Of a DNA stretch of 64,000 nucleotides, positions 1 to 13,920 are shown one piece after another. Source of the DNA: Gnetum montanum (lineage: Eukaryota; Plantae; Gnetophyta); contig MNCI01000754.1 in the NCBI GenBank assembly GCA_015680685.1, forward strand, positions 25,057 through 89,056, read 5' to 3'. Made by a program: the position numbers and the translations under genes. The notes below the pieces were generated by a model. The model did not search any database. It saw only the letters and a program-made list of their open reading frames with translations, and had not been told where the DNA came from. Within the stretch, counting starts at the first letter, position 1. Every line of letters begins with the position of its first letter.

Positions 1-285
1 TTGAATTCTGTGGACTTATAGCCTTCTAAGTGTACTAGTATCTAGGAAATGAAACTAACTATTGCAATTGTTGTCTTCCCAATTACACTTGTGAAATGCA
101 AAGGTATGGTTAAGTGCAATTGAGACATATGATTTTTATCATTTTTACATTTTATGTTTTAAGTTGCCTATGAATATAGAATAACGAATAAAATAATTAA
201 ATTGCTAATTTAATCTAACTAGCTACACCTAGCTAATCCTAACATAAGCATCCATATCCACTTTCCATACACATCTTGAACACAT
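1..285 (-). repeat. Partial 3' LTR of copy A
   Basis: Direct repeat of 10925-11210 (e.g. TTGTCTTCCCAATTACACTTGTGAAATGCAAAGGTATG). It joins directly to 3'-UTR sequence, so the PPT and U3 part are missing. Confidence 0.85.
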
Positions 286-479
286 TTCTTTAAAAAATTT
301 GGGAAGGTATGGGATTATTGACTAACTACTGACATTTCCAAAGACAAACACAAACAAACACTAAGTGCCCGAGTATACAAAATCAGTACAAGATTTTGAT
401 GTTCAAGACAACAAAATTGAACACCAAGACAAAAATGAAAAACACAATTCCTTTGATGGTGTGAAGACAAGGAAGAAGT

Positions 480-3345
480 TCAAATAGTCCCCAGGCGGTT
501 GAGGTTCTTAAGGCTTAGAAGGACCTTCTCCTCCTTTAGGCGCATGCAATGGTTGAGGTGGTTGTGATTGACTTGTAATAGCTGTAACTTTTGGTTAAAG
601 ATGGAAGGTGTCCAATAGTGCTTTCATCTTCTCCTCCTTACTTTCAGGATCATTCATGGTCCATGCTACATCAGGAATGCGGGACAATGTTGGAACATCC
701 CAAGGATAAGGTATTGTTAGGAACAACTCCTTCGCATTAACTAACCAGGCAGCAAAATTTTTGCATTCAACATTGAACACCTTTATTGCATTCCATAGCT
801 CTTGGTAGTTACTCATTGTCCTGTCTAGGTTCTTAGCTATAGACCATTGATTGATGAAGTGCTACCTAAAAACATCAAGTTTTGCATTTACCACCTCAAG
901 CTTTTGCTTGGTGTCTTTGTGATGTTTGAACTTAGCTTCATACAACAAGTACGTACTAGGCACCTATTTCTCCAAGTCAAACTGCAATTGTTCAGTAGTT
1001 AGCATTGCTAGATTTGCATAAAGGAGATTGACAAGATCCATGTACTCTGTCATCTCTCTAATCCACAACTCCTTCATGTGAATCTCCACCTTGTTGTAGT
1101 CATTGAGCCTATTAAAGATAGGTTGCCAAACATCACCTCCTTCCTTGAGCTACTGGAGGGCCTCATTAACTTTTTCCTTTAGCATTTGAATATGTTTCTC
1201 GTTGATTTCTTTTCATAGACCAACTCGATCTCTATAGTGATTTTTGACTCTCTCAAACTTAAGAGCCTCATTTTTCCAAGAAACTACCTCTATTGCAGAT
1301 TTCTGGTGTAGAGTTCAGACTTCCTCCATGGAAAGATTTCTATTTTCAGCTATTAATCTTCTTAATTAATTGTTCACTCTGGCCAATTTCTCTTGTTGTT
1401 AATGGATGAAATCTTACATTTTCTAATTTTGCACATCAACATTCAATAGAAGATGATTGTTTGCAATCAAAGTTACATTCTTCAAACAAATCTAGTCCAA
1501 GGCCTTTTAGATATTATGCATGGTGGCATCACCAAGGATTGATCAAAGATCACCATCTCCTTTATGTTCTAAACCTTTTTGAGCTTGTCCTAAAGTTATT
1601 GAAAAGCTTCATCATAGGTTAGTGTAGGATTGAGAAACACAGGATTAGAAAGAGGGGCTCTTAGTTCAGCAACCTCCACAACCAAGCGTTGGTTTTGAGC
1701 TTGAGCTATTTTGAGTTGTTTCTTCATGATAATGCATTTGCCCCTTACTTCTAGTGGCTCTGACTGGGTTGCAGTGATTGTATTTGGAAGGTCAAAGACA
1801 TTCAAAATATGTTACCTAGTTTCCACTAGTTGATCTAGCAACTCCTTGTGCTAGGATGCACTCAATTTGTTGCTAACTATTCTTGTGGACATCTACACAT
1901 CTCTAAGTAAAAAAAATGTCTAGTACAAATGTCACATGTGCATTTAATGCCTTGGTAATTCTATTAGAAACCACCTCTACTGCTGTCTCTTGTCCATGGT
2001 GCTGCGTCACCAAGACAATTACCCCCTCACCCTTCTCTAGATGCATTGAGAAAGTAGTGGCATTTCTAAAGATTCTAGGAATTTCTGCTATTGTGAGAGA
2101 GATACCATTACCTCTTGGGGTACTAGGATTTGATCTCATGGGTAGCTGCATTCTTTGGGCTGAAAAAATTGATCCACCTTCCTCCATTTGGCTGATGCTT
2201 CAAGTCACTTTGTTGGGGTGACTCATCAATGGATGATACATAGATGGATCGCCACCACTCATTCTTGCTCATTGCTCCTACTCATGCATGAGCTACTCTC
2301 AGATCTCACACATTCGTTCAAGGGTAGTGTAGGACTTTGTAGTTGTTTTGTGAGTGGGCAGTGGAGGTGGTGGTTTTTGCTCCTATTTCTTTGTTGTGGA
2401 AGGGGTCTTTTCTTTCATCCTTTCTACCCAATAGGTAGAAGGAGCATTCTTGATTGTATTGTTGGCGTAGTGAACTATTCTTTCTTTTTTACATAATTTT
2501 TTAATAAGGTAGGAAAATGGAAAGGCCTTCCTTCCATGTTCATTTTCCTTTAATCGCTTCTCTATCTCCAAATAGATTAGCTATGGAAGGTTCACAGGGA
2601 ATTTTCCACTCATAGCAGCAAATGCACTAGTAGGAAAGGTAGTCACCTTACTAGGCCTCATCATCGAATTGAGGTGATAGGTCGCTATCTTGAAATATAC
2701 ATGCTTCACTAGGGTGAGTGCATCATACTCCTTGTAGTCCACTCCATAACATTGCTGGGTCCACTCCTTCTTTACCTCTAGGTCTACTTGTGTGGAGATC
2801 TCTACCAAATTTGTTCCAATATCAAGCAACCCAAGGGCCTGCACAATGGCCTCCACCAAGTAAAACACCTAAATGTCCTTGATCTTCATAGTGGCTCCTA
2901 CTTGCATATCGTTCTAGAAGAGATATGTCTCTCCCATGTACCATTCTCCACTAGAAGTGATGATTGGCCACATGGGAGAGTTCTGCAATTACATCTTGAC
3001 TTCTATTGGAGAATGTTCTAAGAATGGTCCAATGTTCAATTCTTGTAGAACTAAATGTTGGATGTCACAAGGCTTGATTTGATTATGGTAGGCTTGAGTC
3101 AATGTGACCTTAAGTCTTGGCACCAATCCTGGTGCCTCATCTTGATGGGATTATTTAGTTACTACCACTTCCTTGAGAATCTATTAGATAAAATCCACTT
3201 TGGGCTCCTCTTGAAGAGGTTCCATTGCATGAGTTTCTGCTGCCTATTCTTGGGCTTTTTCTTACTGATCTCTTCTAGCTCTAGGTCATTTGTTCCTTGG
3301 TTTGGATTATCCTCCTTCTTGTGGGCATTTTGGTTTAGGTGCCAT
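480..3345 (-). pseudogene. Decayed env-like/extra ORF of Athila copy A (~955 codons)
   Basis: Starts ATGGCACCTAAA at 3345. ORF-track pieces 2581-2868, 2383-2571 (FPFSYLIKKLC), 1903-2187, 1596-1805 and 595-816 are colinear with 45168-48025 in copy B. Many stops and frameshifts. Confidence 0.75.
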
Positions 3346-4614
3346 CTGTAATCACAACATGATGAAGGATTAGCACTTAATGTGTAACTTTGAAACATTT
3401 GGAATATCTTATCTCTTGGGGTAGTTACACATGGCTAAGTTGTGAGCATGGTTGGTTTGATTATTTTAATATTATTTTATTATAATATGATTAAATAGGT
3501 TACCAAAGTGTGTTGGAAGGGTCTAACTTTCAAAAGTTGATGATTTAATATTATTTTATTCACTAAACCCATGGGGGAGTTAAAAAAATTTTGAAAAAAT
3601 TTCTTTCAAAAAACTAAGGTTTATGATCCCCTTGACAAAAAGCATACCTCCAGAAGTTGTAGGACTAAAGAATGTAGTGAATCAAAAAAATGGTTTCAAA
3701 GTTACAAGCTTTGGAGGGTTTTGAGCTCTAAAAAATTGCAAAAACTACCCTTAAGTTTGAAACAAATGGAAAAAAATTACCTAAGTGATGGGCCTTAGTT
3801 AGAAAAGAGAAACAGGAAGTGCGAAAGGACCTTAGTTAGAGAGGACCTTCAAACTTGTCTTTCTAGTCCCATAACTAGTGCTTGTAACCTGTTATGTTGT
3901 CTAAGGGATGTGCTTTGAATTCCCATCATGTTTTGTTTATTTTTTTTAGATTTTTGGATGGGAACCACACCATGCAAATACTTATTCAACTTCCTATTTT
4001 TGGTCAACATGGAATGGTAAGAAATCTATGAAAAACACACATGCACTCAAGGAAGTAGAAAGGCACAAAGAGTAATGAATCTCCTTGAAGTCATACCATT
4101 TCAAACCTTTGAATCTTTTCCAAGTTTGGAAACTACCAAGGTCACAAGTTTGTTAAGGTTTTATTAATGAAAAAGTAGCCTCACACTTCTAAAACCAGGA
4201 AGACCATAGAGTTGGTGGATGGGTGGATGATGTGGAATCATTGCCTATTCCATGAAAAAGAAACTTGTCTTAGTCATCAATCATCAAAATTCAAAAATAG
4301 AAACCAAAACATTAGGTACAACCCACCATTAGTAAATAACTATAGCATCACTGAGTCTTGTTGGAAATAAAGTAATTTTAAGGAAAACACACACCAAAAC
4401 AAAGAAAAATATAAAAGAAATTGTAAAATATTCAAGAGAAATAAAACATACTAATGATGTTGTAAAATAAAAATTTGGAAAAATAATAAAGTGTAAAACA
4501 CAAAGGTATAAGAACAAAGAAAGTGTAAAAAAAAAAGATGTAAAATAAAAAAGTAGAAAAACTGAAGAGTCAATGTAATGATTAACACAAATGGCCATCT
4601 CCCCCATGACTAAG

Positions 4615-7600
4615 TTGAAAAGAGGAGATTCAAAAAATTAAGCAAGGTTTTCCATTGGAGGAGGTATTGATTTCACTAGCTTGCTTGGGCTCATGAAAAG
4701 GTTTAACTTATTGCATGTTGACCAACTCTTTCTTGTTTAGGCTCTTAGGTTTGTAGATTAACATGACCCCAGAAGGAAAGGTTTCATGAATGATATAAGG
4801 CCCTTCCCACAATGTTTGGAACTTAGTCCGTTGAGGTACATGTGTGGGTTTCAGTAGAGGACCTTATCTCCAAGTTTAAATTTAACTTTTCTTATTCTAA
4901 CNGTTTTTCTACTTTTTTATTTTACATCTTTTTTTTTTACACTTTCTTTGTTCTTATACCTTTGTGTTTTACACTTTATTATTTTTCCAAATTTTTATTT
5001 TACAACATCATTAGTATNAGGCTAAGGTCAATATCTAGATCACATGTTGTTGAAATTGTATGGAGCTCAGATTGAATTAAAAGAGTTGGTAATTTTCTGT
5101 ACACCAGCTCATAGAAAGAGTAGCCTATAGAGAGTTTCCATGTGGAGAGGTAGGGCCAAAGCACATCATTCAGTTTCTTGCTCTAGTCTCTCCTATATTT
5201 GCTAATTGTTTGAGTTAAAATCTTAGTGATCTCTCTATTGTTAACCTCTACTTGACCATTGGCTTGGGGGTGGTAGCGTGTTATTAGTTTATGTTCAACC
5301 CCAAAGTGTTGCATGAGCTTGTAAAAAATAGCACCTATAAAATAAGTACCATTGTTAGAAATTAGTGCACATGGTACTACAAACCTATTTACAACATTTT
5401 ATTGTACAAACTAAGCAATAGTGAAAGATGTATAGTCAGTGATGGTTGTTGCTTTTGCCCATTTGATATAATGGTTAACAACGACTCTTATGTATATATT
5501 TTCATTTAACATGGGCATGATAAGACCTATGAAGTCTATGCCCTAGATGTCGAAGGGTTCCAGTGGTTGGATCCACTATTGAGGCCCCTCCATTCTTGTA
5601 GTTATCCCACCATCTCATTGACAACGTTCAAAAAAGTGGATGAATTGGTGGACATCCCTAAAGATTTTTGGCCAATAATACCTTGCCATCAAGATCTTAA
5701 TAGCTATGCATCTCCTTGCATAGTGATCCCCACAAGGGCCCTCATGAGCATCTTTGAGAACATGTAGTTGAGTAGCATTAAGAACACACCAACGAACTAG
5801 GCCATTGATGCACACTTTGTAAAGGTATTTGTTAATCTCCATGAAGCATTTTGGCTTGATGAAGAAATTGTTGTTTCTTCTAAAAGTCCAACTCTTATGG
5901 TATCTCCTAGGTGAGAAGATAAGTGAGGATGCAATCGTACCATTTTGGTTCAACAGGAACTTATTCATTTATTGCATTGGCAAAGAGCATTTCATAAGGA
6001 AATTGATCAGAGAGTGGGCTCTCATCCTCTTTGTTGTCCTATTGTAATTGAGACAAGTGATCAGCAACCACATTCTCAGTCCCCTTTCAATCTACCATTG
6101 TAAGATTGAACTCTTGCAAGATCACTAGGCACCATATAACATAGGCACTCACCATTGATTTATTCATTAGGAAGCAGATGATACTATGATCAATGAGCAC
6201 AAACACCTTGTATCCAAGCACATAGTGCCTAAACTTCTCTAAAGAATATACCATGACCATTAGCTCTTTCTCCATTGTGATGTAAGCGAGTTGTGTATCC
6301 ATAATGCTTTGGTTTGTGCAATGGATGTAATATGGATGTTTTTGATCATCCAATTGTATAAGCACAGCTCCCAAGGAATAGTTTAATGCATCTATCATAA
6401 TGTGAAATGTTTAGGACTAATCAAGTGCTTGTAGAATTGGAGCCTCTACAAGCTTCTCCTAAGTTTTTGGAATGCCCTTTTGCATTTCTTGGTCCATATG
6501 AATGAAGCATCTTTCTTTGTCCACTTAACTAATGATTTTGCAATCTTAGAGAAATTTTCTATGAATCGTCGATAGTAGCCAGTGTGTCTATGGAATGACC
6601 GAACATCTTTAATAGTTTCTAGTTGGCAGGTTATTCCTTGGATGATCCTAATCTTTTCAAGGTCTATCTCCATTCCTACTTGAGAAATTTTGTGCCCTAA
6701 CACAATACCCTCCTAGACCATGAGATGGCTCTTTTGCCAATTGAATTGAAGATTAGTCTCCACACATCTTTTAAGCACTTACCCAAGGTGGTCCAGGGCC
6801 TACTCAAATTTAGTGCCATAGGTGAAAAAGTCATCCATAAAAACCTCCACCCCACTACCAATCTACTACTGAAAAATGCTCAGGACAAGGTGTTGAAAAG
6901 TTGCAAGGGCATTGCATAAACCAAACAACATCTTTTGATATGAAAAAGTCCCCTAGAAACTTGTGAACATAGTTTTGGCTTGATCCTTTGGTGCAATCTA
7001 AATTTGGTTATAGCTACTATAACCATATAGAAAGCTATAATAGCAATGCCTAGAGATTGTGTCCAACACTTGGTCCACAAATGGAAATGAAAAATGATCT
7101 TTGAATGTCACCATGTTCAATAGCCTAAAATTAATACACACCCTCCACTTACCATATTTGTTTGGTACAATCATAAGTGGACTAATCCACTCACTATTCA
7201 TAATTGAATAAATGAACCCTACCTTAAGGAGTTATTCAATTTCCTCTTTGATGATCTGCTTTAATTTGGGGTTCAACCACTGCTACAGCTACCCCTTTAG
7301 CTTGATGGAAGGATTAGTATAGATGTGATATTGGCATATCCTAGGATTAGTCCTAGTGAGTTCAGAATATGACCAAGAAAAGGCTATTGGCCATTTGTTA
7401 AGAACATTCAAGAGTAATCTTTTCTACTTAGGGGCAAGGTTGACATTGATTATCATCAACTTGCCATTTTTTTAGAAATGCATATTCTATGTCAATAGGT
7501 AGAGTTTTCAACTCTAAGGACTCTTGTTTAAAATTTTTAGGGATTTCAAACTCTCCCAAATTGGTATCATTAGGTTCATCATCAAAGAGTTGGCAATGAA

Positions 7601-8200
7601 CTTTCTCCAGTTCATTCATGCCTTCAACATAGGCACAAGTTAGGCTCTTAGTAGGTTCCATGCAAAGTGTGTTGCATTCAGAATTAGCTATCATCCACTA
7701 GGTGTCCTCCTATTTTGTAGCTGCTACATATAGGTACTTTTAGATTTCAAATTTATCTGCACATTGTCTGCATGCTTTAATTGATGTGCTTTTGACACAC
7801 CAGAGTTTGTGCACATAGTTGCACCCAATATTGTTGTACGTGATGCATGGAACTCTCTTCTTCTTAATCTTTCTAACTACATTTTCCTAAGAAATCTCTA
7901 GAGAAAGATCTCTGATGCTCATTTGTACATCAACAGTGCTAAACCAAGCCCTTCCCATAATTATTGGAAAGTACCCATAATGACCATCCATAGACAGTGA
8001 TCATAATGTCCTCAACTAATCTCAAGGGCATAGTGATGGACTGATGTGCCAATTCTAAATGGATATTACTATTCTTGAGAGGAGGTAGGTTCTAAGTATT
8101 GTACATTTTATGGAAAATCATATTAACACTAGAACTTGAATCAAGAAAAGCCTTGCATGACTCATTTCTAGCAATTTGCAAGTAGATGAGAGGACTTCTA
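4615..8200 (-). pseudogene. Decayed pol of copy A: PR (~7900-8200), RT (~6450-7300), RNase H (~6060-6420), integrase (~4620-5750)
   Basis: KAFLDSSSSVN (PR); SEWISPLMIVPNK..WRVCINFRLLN..KDHFSFPF (RT); HTGYYRRFIENFSKIA; DALNYSLGAVL..EKELMVMVYSLEKFRHY (RH); HEGPCGDH..YYWP (INT zinc finger). Confidence 0.9.
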
Positions 8201-8399
8201 GGATCTTCTCTTCTCCTAGGAAGGTTTCCAACCTTGATCCAATTAGATATAGCATGGGTTAAAATGACTATGCAGATCTTAGGATGCATTTGGTTTGAAG
8301 GGATTTGAAAGAAATGGATGTAGAGGATGAGGAAGACATAGGGCAACTAGCTACATAAGTTGGTGAGGGATTTGTAGGGCTATTCATTCAAAAGAATGC

Positions 8400-10600
8400 T
8401 CTTTTGTGGGACATGGGTTTCAAACCACTCAGCTAAGAAGCCAATTATAAGTTAACATCCCTAGTAGTGTTATGTTGCTACCATTGCATAGGAATTTCAC
8501 TTTGCATGGATGGAGTAGTTGGTAGTTTGGTTGAGGGTGGAGGAACATGTGTTGAAGGATGATGAGGATGATAAAGATATGGGGATTTTCCTTTAAGGGA
8601 TGGAGAATGAGTTTTGTAGTACTTTGAAGGATAGTAGTAATGCTAAAAGAAAGCATGATTGGAAGAGTCGTGTGGAGACATGGGTTATTAAATATAGTAC
8701 CCATACAGATATTGCTACATGTAAGGGTACTACTGCCTTGGTGGTGGCATCCCCCATGACTGTGGGTGTTGTCACTAATGGTACTACTNCAACTACCAAC
8801 TACTCCATCCATGCAAAGTGAAATTCCTATGCAATGGTAGCAACATAACACTACTAGGGATGTTAACTTATAATTGGCTTCTTAGCTGNGCCAGTCTAGG
8901 ATTTAGAGAGTACACCCCATATTCTTATAAGTGTGACATGGTAGGAAAATATCCCTTAGGATGTTCATATTGGTGGATGTCACATCCATCATCATCATTT
9001 GATTCTGACTCCACAACCTCTTCTACTGCAGCATCTTTACCCTTACCCCTTTGGTAGGCACGTTTAGCTTCTTCCTTCTCTTGCAGTCATGATCATAACC
9101 TTTCTCTTTGGATTCTTCTACGATTTTCAGAGCTGTTTAAAATTTTTCATCAAAAGATTTCCACATTCTATCAACCTTAGCAAAACTTTTAGACATAGAT
9201 TTTTGAATTAGCAAGGATTTTCACTGCACCACTTCATCAAGAGGTGTCTCCCCCTCACTATTACAGAATTAGAGCTCCCTTTTTCTGATGGAAGGGTCCC
9301 AGTTATACTCAGCTCTTTTCCATTTTCTCAGCTTAGCTTCTTCTTTTACAACCTACTCAATCAACCTTTGAATATGATGGGCTCTTAGTTCTGATAGTCT
9401 TCCTTGGGCATAGACCTGAAGAGTTCTCCTCATTTCTAATCGAAGCCCATCTATGATATGGCAAAGTTGCTCTTGTTGAGCATAATCATGGCCAGGACAT
9501 TTGTGTTAAAGGGAATAATACCTGTCCATGGCTACATCCAAGGGTTCACGTGCTCCTTGTTGCTAGCCTTGGATTTGCTTTTTAAAATTGGACACTGTAG
9601 AGTACATCTAATATTTATTATTGAATAACTTAAGCATTGTACTCTATCTATGAATTGATTCTAGCTCCAAGGAGTAGTACCAACTTTCTACTTCTTTTAT
9701 GAGTGTCCTGGGAAACAACTTAATTTTTTACTAATTATTTTCTATGCTCTACAAGGCACAAGCATCATGAAAGGCTTAAATATGGCTCTATGGATCTAAG
9801 TTATATCCCCCTCAAATTTGGGGATATTGTTCATATCCAACCTCTTGATTTCACTACCTTTCACATGTTTGGTTAAAATGCTTATTGCCTCTGCAACGTT
9901 TAGCATGCTTCGAGTTACAAGCAAAGGTTCATCATCATCATGATTTTGATGACACCTATGATGTCCCCTGCTACACCTTTGTTCATGACTAGGCCTATGA
10001 TCATTGCTCTACGATTTACCTTCATAACAGTTTCTTCCTTTGCAATGTTACTTAAAACTAGAATAGGAAGAAGAAGATGTAGATGAAGAGGAAGGAAGAT
10101 TGTCACCACCATGGTGTCTGCCACCTCCTCTCCACTTGTCTTGGCCATGACCATCAAGTTTATTATCATCATGATGCTTGCTCAAGCCCCTTCCTTAACT
10201 TCCACTTTTGCTTGAATTTGAATTGTTAATAGTGGACTACAGATTTAGGTTCAAGCCCCCTTCACTAGAGTCAAGGGTGGAGAATCTTCATGTTGAGAAC
10301 CTCTAGAGGGAGGATCCTCCATATCATTTTGGTTTAGCAAGAATGAGGGGTTAGTGAACTATTCTCCCTTCATAGCTTCATGGCGCTTCTTTTGATGCTG
10401 ATCTTGTTTGCATTGTGTTTTTGTGGGATGGTAGTCTCGATAGGCATGGTCCTACATAATGTATTCATCATGAAGATCTTGGATGCCCAACCTCTTAAGA
10501 GTTTGGAGCAACATCCTAGGAATAGATTAGTCAAGAGGCAACACAACGTTGGCCTTCATATCTCGCCATCATAGCTATTCATCCTAATGTAGGATGAAGG
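8400..10600 (-). pseudogene. Decayed gag of copy A
   Basis: Lies between the PBS and PR; colinear with gag of copy B (37000-39280); retrotransposon-gag-like segment (KLFPRTLIKEVESWYYSL) at ~9670-9720. Confidence 0.75.
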
Positions 10601-10841
10601 TGAAATTAGGTACAAACTCATCTAGATGAGTGTACACCACTTTGAATTCTTAGGGCACTGGCAATTTTTATTCATCATGCCTGTGAGAAAAAGACATTTT
10701 AGATTAAGGAAAAATTTAGTGTGCTTAAATTATAATTATAATAATAATTATTTTTTCAAATGATCATGACCTTAGGGTTTTTTCAAATGATCTTAAATAA
10801 TATTCACTAAGTCCTAGACAGTGCATGTATCAAACTACAAG

Positions 10842-10859
10842 TCCCTGGCAATAGTGCCA
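10842..10859 (-). promoter_or_regulatory. Primer-binding site (tRNA-Asp type) of copy A
   Basis: Minus strand reads TGGCACTATTGCCAGGGA next to the LTR end. This is the Athila PBS TGGCGCCGTTGCCGGGGA with four CG/CHG transitions. Confidence 0.85.
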
Positions 10860-10860
10860 A

Positions 10861-11740
10861 TGATGAGTGGCAAGTAGACCCTACATCCAACCATACGAAT
10901 CACTAAGTGTTCATGTACGATCTAGTCAAATGTCATAGACTTATAGTCTTCTAAGTACACTACTCTTTAGGAAGTGAATCTAATTGTTGCAATCATTGTC
11001 TTCCCAATTACACTTGTGAAATGCAAAGGTATGATTAAGTGTAATTGAGGCATATGATTTTTATCATTTTTACGTTTTATGTTTTTAGTCATCTAAGAAT
11101 ATAGAATAATGAATAAAATAATTAAATTACTAATTTAATCTGACTAACTACATCTAACTAATCCTAACATTAGCATCTATTTTCACTATCTGTACACATC
11201 CTAAACATGTTTAATGCTACTGGGTTACCAAACATTAAGTGTTACTGGGATTACCAAGCACCAAGTGTATGCTTGAAGTGATTGTAGTTATGTGCTTAAT
11301 TAATTATTGTTTAATATAGCTTGATTGATTACTTAATTACTTAAAGCATTAAAATAAATTAAATAAAACAATAAATGTTGAAATAAACAATTAATCTATT
11401 TCAAACTGCTACAAGGTTTATTAGAAATCTTGCCTTTATTGTTGCATACACTACCATGATCAAGTACAATAGTGCTCAATTAAAGATCCATACACTCTTT
11501 GACTTCTTCTATAGGTAAGAAAAATATTTTAACTTTCAAGTAAGAAACTACAAGAGCTTTGCTAAAACTATGACAAAAGATGTTATAAACACAATGGGTG
11601 AGCACATATATATAGGTGAAAATAGACACTACATTGATGAGGCCATGTTAACACATCAAATCCCATGTTGACAAGGCTACATCAATGAGGTTGTGTTGAT
11701 GAGGCTGAATTGACAAAGCTTAAGAAAATGCAACTCATCA
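10861..11740 (-). repeat. 5' LTR of copy A
   Basis: TGATGAG...CTCATCA termini, adjacent PBS, homologous to the LTRs at 17826, 29278, 35892 and 48257. Confidence 0.9.
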
Positions 11741-12264
11741 CAATGTTAGTACCACTAGGTTGCAACCTACTAATGACTTGCGCTTATCCTAAAATGTAAA
11801 AAGCCATAGTAATAGAAATTTGTAAGGGCTTAAATATAATCCATCTTGTATGTGGCACAACTCCAAACATTTCCATAAGTAGAAATAAAGAATATGTTAT
11901 CTCTAGAAGTTATAATCGATCAAGCTAACATAATATTTCAAATTCAAAGAACTCTCATTATGTACAACTCATAAAAATACCAGAATTTATTTTGTGCAAA
12001 TTAAACATAATTTACACACATACACCTCTAGAAATTAATCACATTAACATCAAACCATGATATTCACAAAGATTGAAATGTTAAAGAAAGAAGATAGGTA
12101 AAGACATCAACTTAAAATATGAAACTTGCTAAATTGGAAATCAAAAACCATGAAATCAAAACACTTTAATGAAGTTCTAGAGTCTTCAAAACCCAAACTG
12201 AGACTCTCGAACTATAAACTATTCCAAACGAACTCCCTAATATCCTAAAAATCATAGAAATCAC

Positions 12265-12770
12265 ATGAGAAATGGAGATAAGCTAGTTGTGTTCTATATG
12301 ATAAAAGAATGTCAATAAAATTAAAGAGAAAATTTCACATGATAACAATTAGGTCTACTATCTTATATGATGATGAATGTTGGGTAGAACAAAAGAGGTA
12401 TGAACAAAAATTAGTGTGGCAAAAATGAGAATGCTTTGATGGATGTTAAATGTTATTAGAAGAGATCAACTACATAATATAGACATTAAAGAACGACTTT
12501 CTATTTTAGATAAGCTACAAGAATAGTGGCTTAGATGATTTAAACATGTGTAAAGAAGATTAGCTAATGAGCCTATAAATAAAGGTTGCTACATCTCTAT
12601 TCTAGGAAAGCCACCAAAAGAAAGACCAAAGAAGAAATGGGAAAAATGATCGAAGACAATTTGAAAAAACTACAAACAAACAAAGATCTTGCTCTTCATA
12701 GAGGTGAATGGTGAAAAACATTCATGTAGCAAATCCCATTTTATTGGGAAAAGGGTAGGATAGTGATGAT
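12265..12770 (+). mobile_element. 5'-truncated RTE-clade LINE fragment
   Basis: Translates as KWR*ASCVLYDKRMSIKLKRKF..IRSTILYDDECW..VAKMRML*WM..LR*FKHV*RR, the plant RTE C-terminus. Ends in ATTCATGTAGC..CCCATTTTATTGGGA..GATGAT, the RTE 3' hairpin plus microsatellite tail. Confidence 0.85.
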
Positions 12771-13870
12771 ATTTACTTTTTATTTGATTTTCATTTTCTA
12801 ATAATTTTTCTTTATTTTTTCTATTACAACTAATACTAAGGGATCCTCAATTCATAACTCACTTATGAAATTTCCAAACAAAATGCCCATCAATTCTACC
12901 AATATCATGACTCATCTATAGCCTAACCATAACATTATGTATTTATCATAACATATGCCAACTAGTCATATAACTCCAACATGCAAAACATCCTAATAAT
13001 CATAACATGATTAGCTAAATAATAGTGCCTCATAATAAAAAAATATAGTCTACTACATAGCATTGGTATTATAACCATAAATGCATAACTATAACATGTT
13101 CTTAGTTTTTTCCTATAAATATAACATCATACGAGCCAAAAACAACATACTACAAATACAACAAGATCAATGTGCATAGTTATACTAAATCATAATTGTA
13201 TACATAACATCATGGCTATTGTTCTAAAGAATCTTTTCCTATGTATTTGGATACTTCCTATAGCACCCCTTCCATAGACCCTTGGGTATTGCATTATGAT
13301 TATGATTTATATATGTATGAGTGATCTTAGTGGGTTGTCAAGGACCTATTAGTTGGTTATGATGCCAATTTATAGGCTATGATTTGTCACTCTTATGAAA
13401 TGATTATGATATCTTTACATGATTAAATATCATAATTATGTACACTAATCTTTTGAGATATGTTAGGTAGTTGATGTAACTAGCAAGGATGATGGATTGG
13501 AGTAGAAAAATAATAGTCTAGTATGTGTTTATACTTTATGTGTGATTTCAATCATTATGCATTTTAACTATAGAAATATGATGAGTGAAGCTTGAATTTA
13601 ATTTTCACATGTGAACTCTTAGTGTGTTTAGTATGGATTTTATAGGTTCAAATAGATTTTAATTTTGAGTTCTAGTATGTATGTTACGAGTATTTGAATC
13701 TTAAAAATATTAGTTAAAAGGAGAAAATAGAAAATATGCTTAAAAAGATGTTTTAAATGAGAAAATCATGAAGCAAAGTTGAGAAAAAGATGTTTACAAG
13801 CCACCTATTATGTCATTTACAAAAATTAAAAAAGGTAAGTAAAAATAAACATAATATATATACTAAAAAT

Positions 13871-13920
13871 CATCATCATCATTGTTTTAGTTATCCCAAC
13901 AAAATGGGATCGACTATATA
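13871..13920 (-). mobile_element. Very short RTE-type 3' end
   Basis: Minus strand ATATAGTCGATCCCATTTTGTTGGGATAA..(GAT)n, the same terminal motif as 12720-12770. Confidence 0.55.

Larger units (their letters stand above)
1..11740 (-). mobile_element. Athila-like Ty3/gypsy LTR retrotransposon, copy A (decayed; 3' LTR runs off the window and is partly deleted)
   Basis: 5' LTR 10861-11740 with TGATGAG...CTCATCA ends, then a decayed tRNA-Asp PBS. On the minus strand gag-PR-RT-RH-INT fragments follow in gypsy order, then an extra ORF. Bases 1-285 match 10925-11210. Colinear with copy B. Confidence 0.92.

Noticed and set aside
4902-5018. Near-exact inverted copy of ~4449-4563 inside the integrase of copy A
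   Set aside because: Bounded by single N on both sides and almost identical to its source in an otherwise decayed element; most likely a gap-filling artefact, not a hairpin.
8789-8889. Near-exact inverted copy of ~8430-8530 inside gag of copy A
   Set aside because: Same N-flanked signature; assembly artefact.
13120-13480. Weak inverted similarity between ~13120-13190 and ~13420-13490 (MITE-like)
   Set aside because: Low identity in very AT-rich sequence; no TSD.
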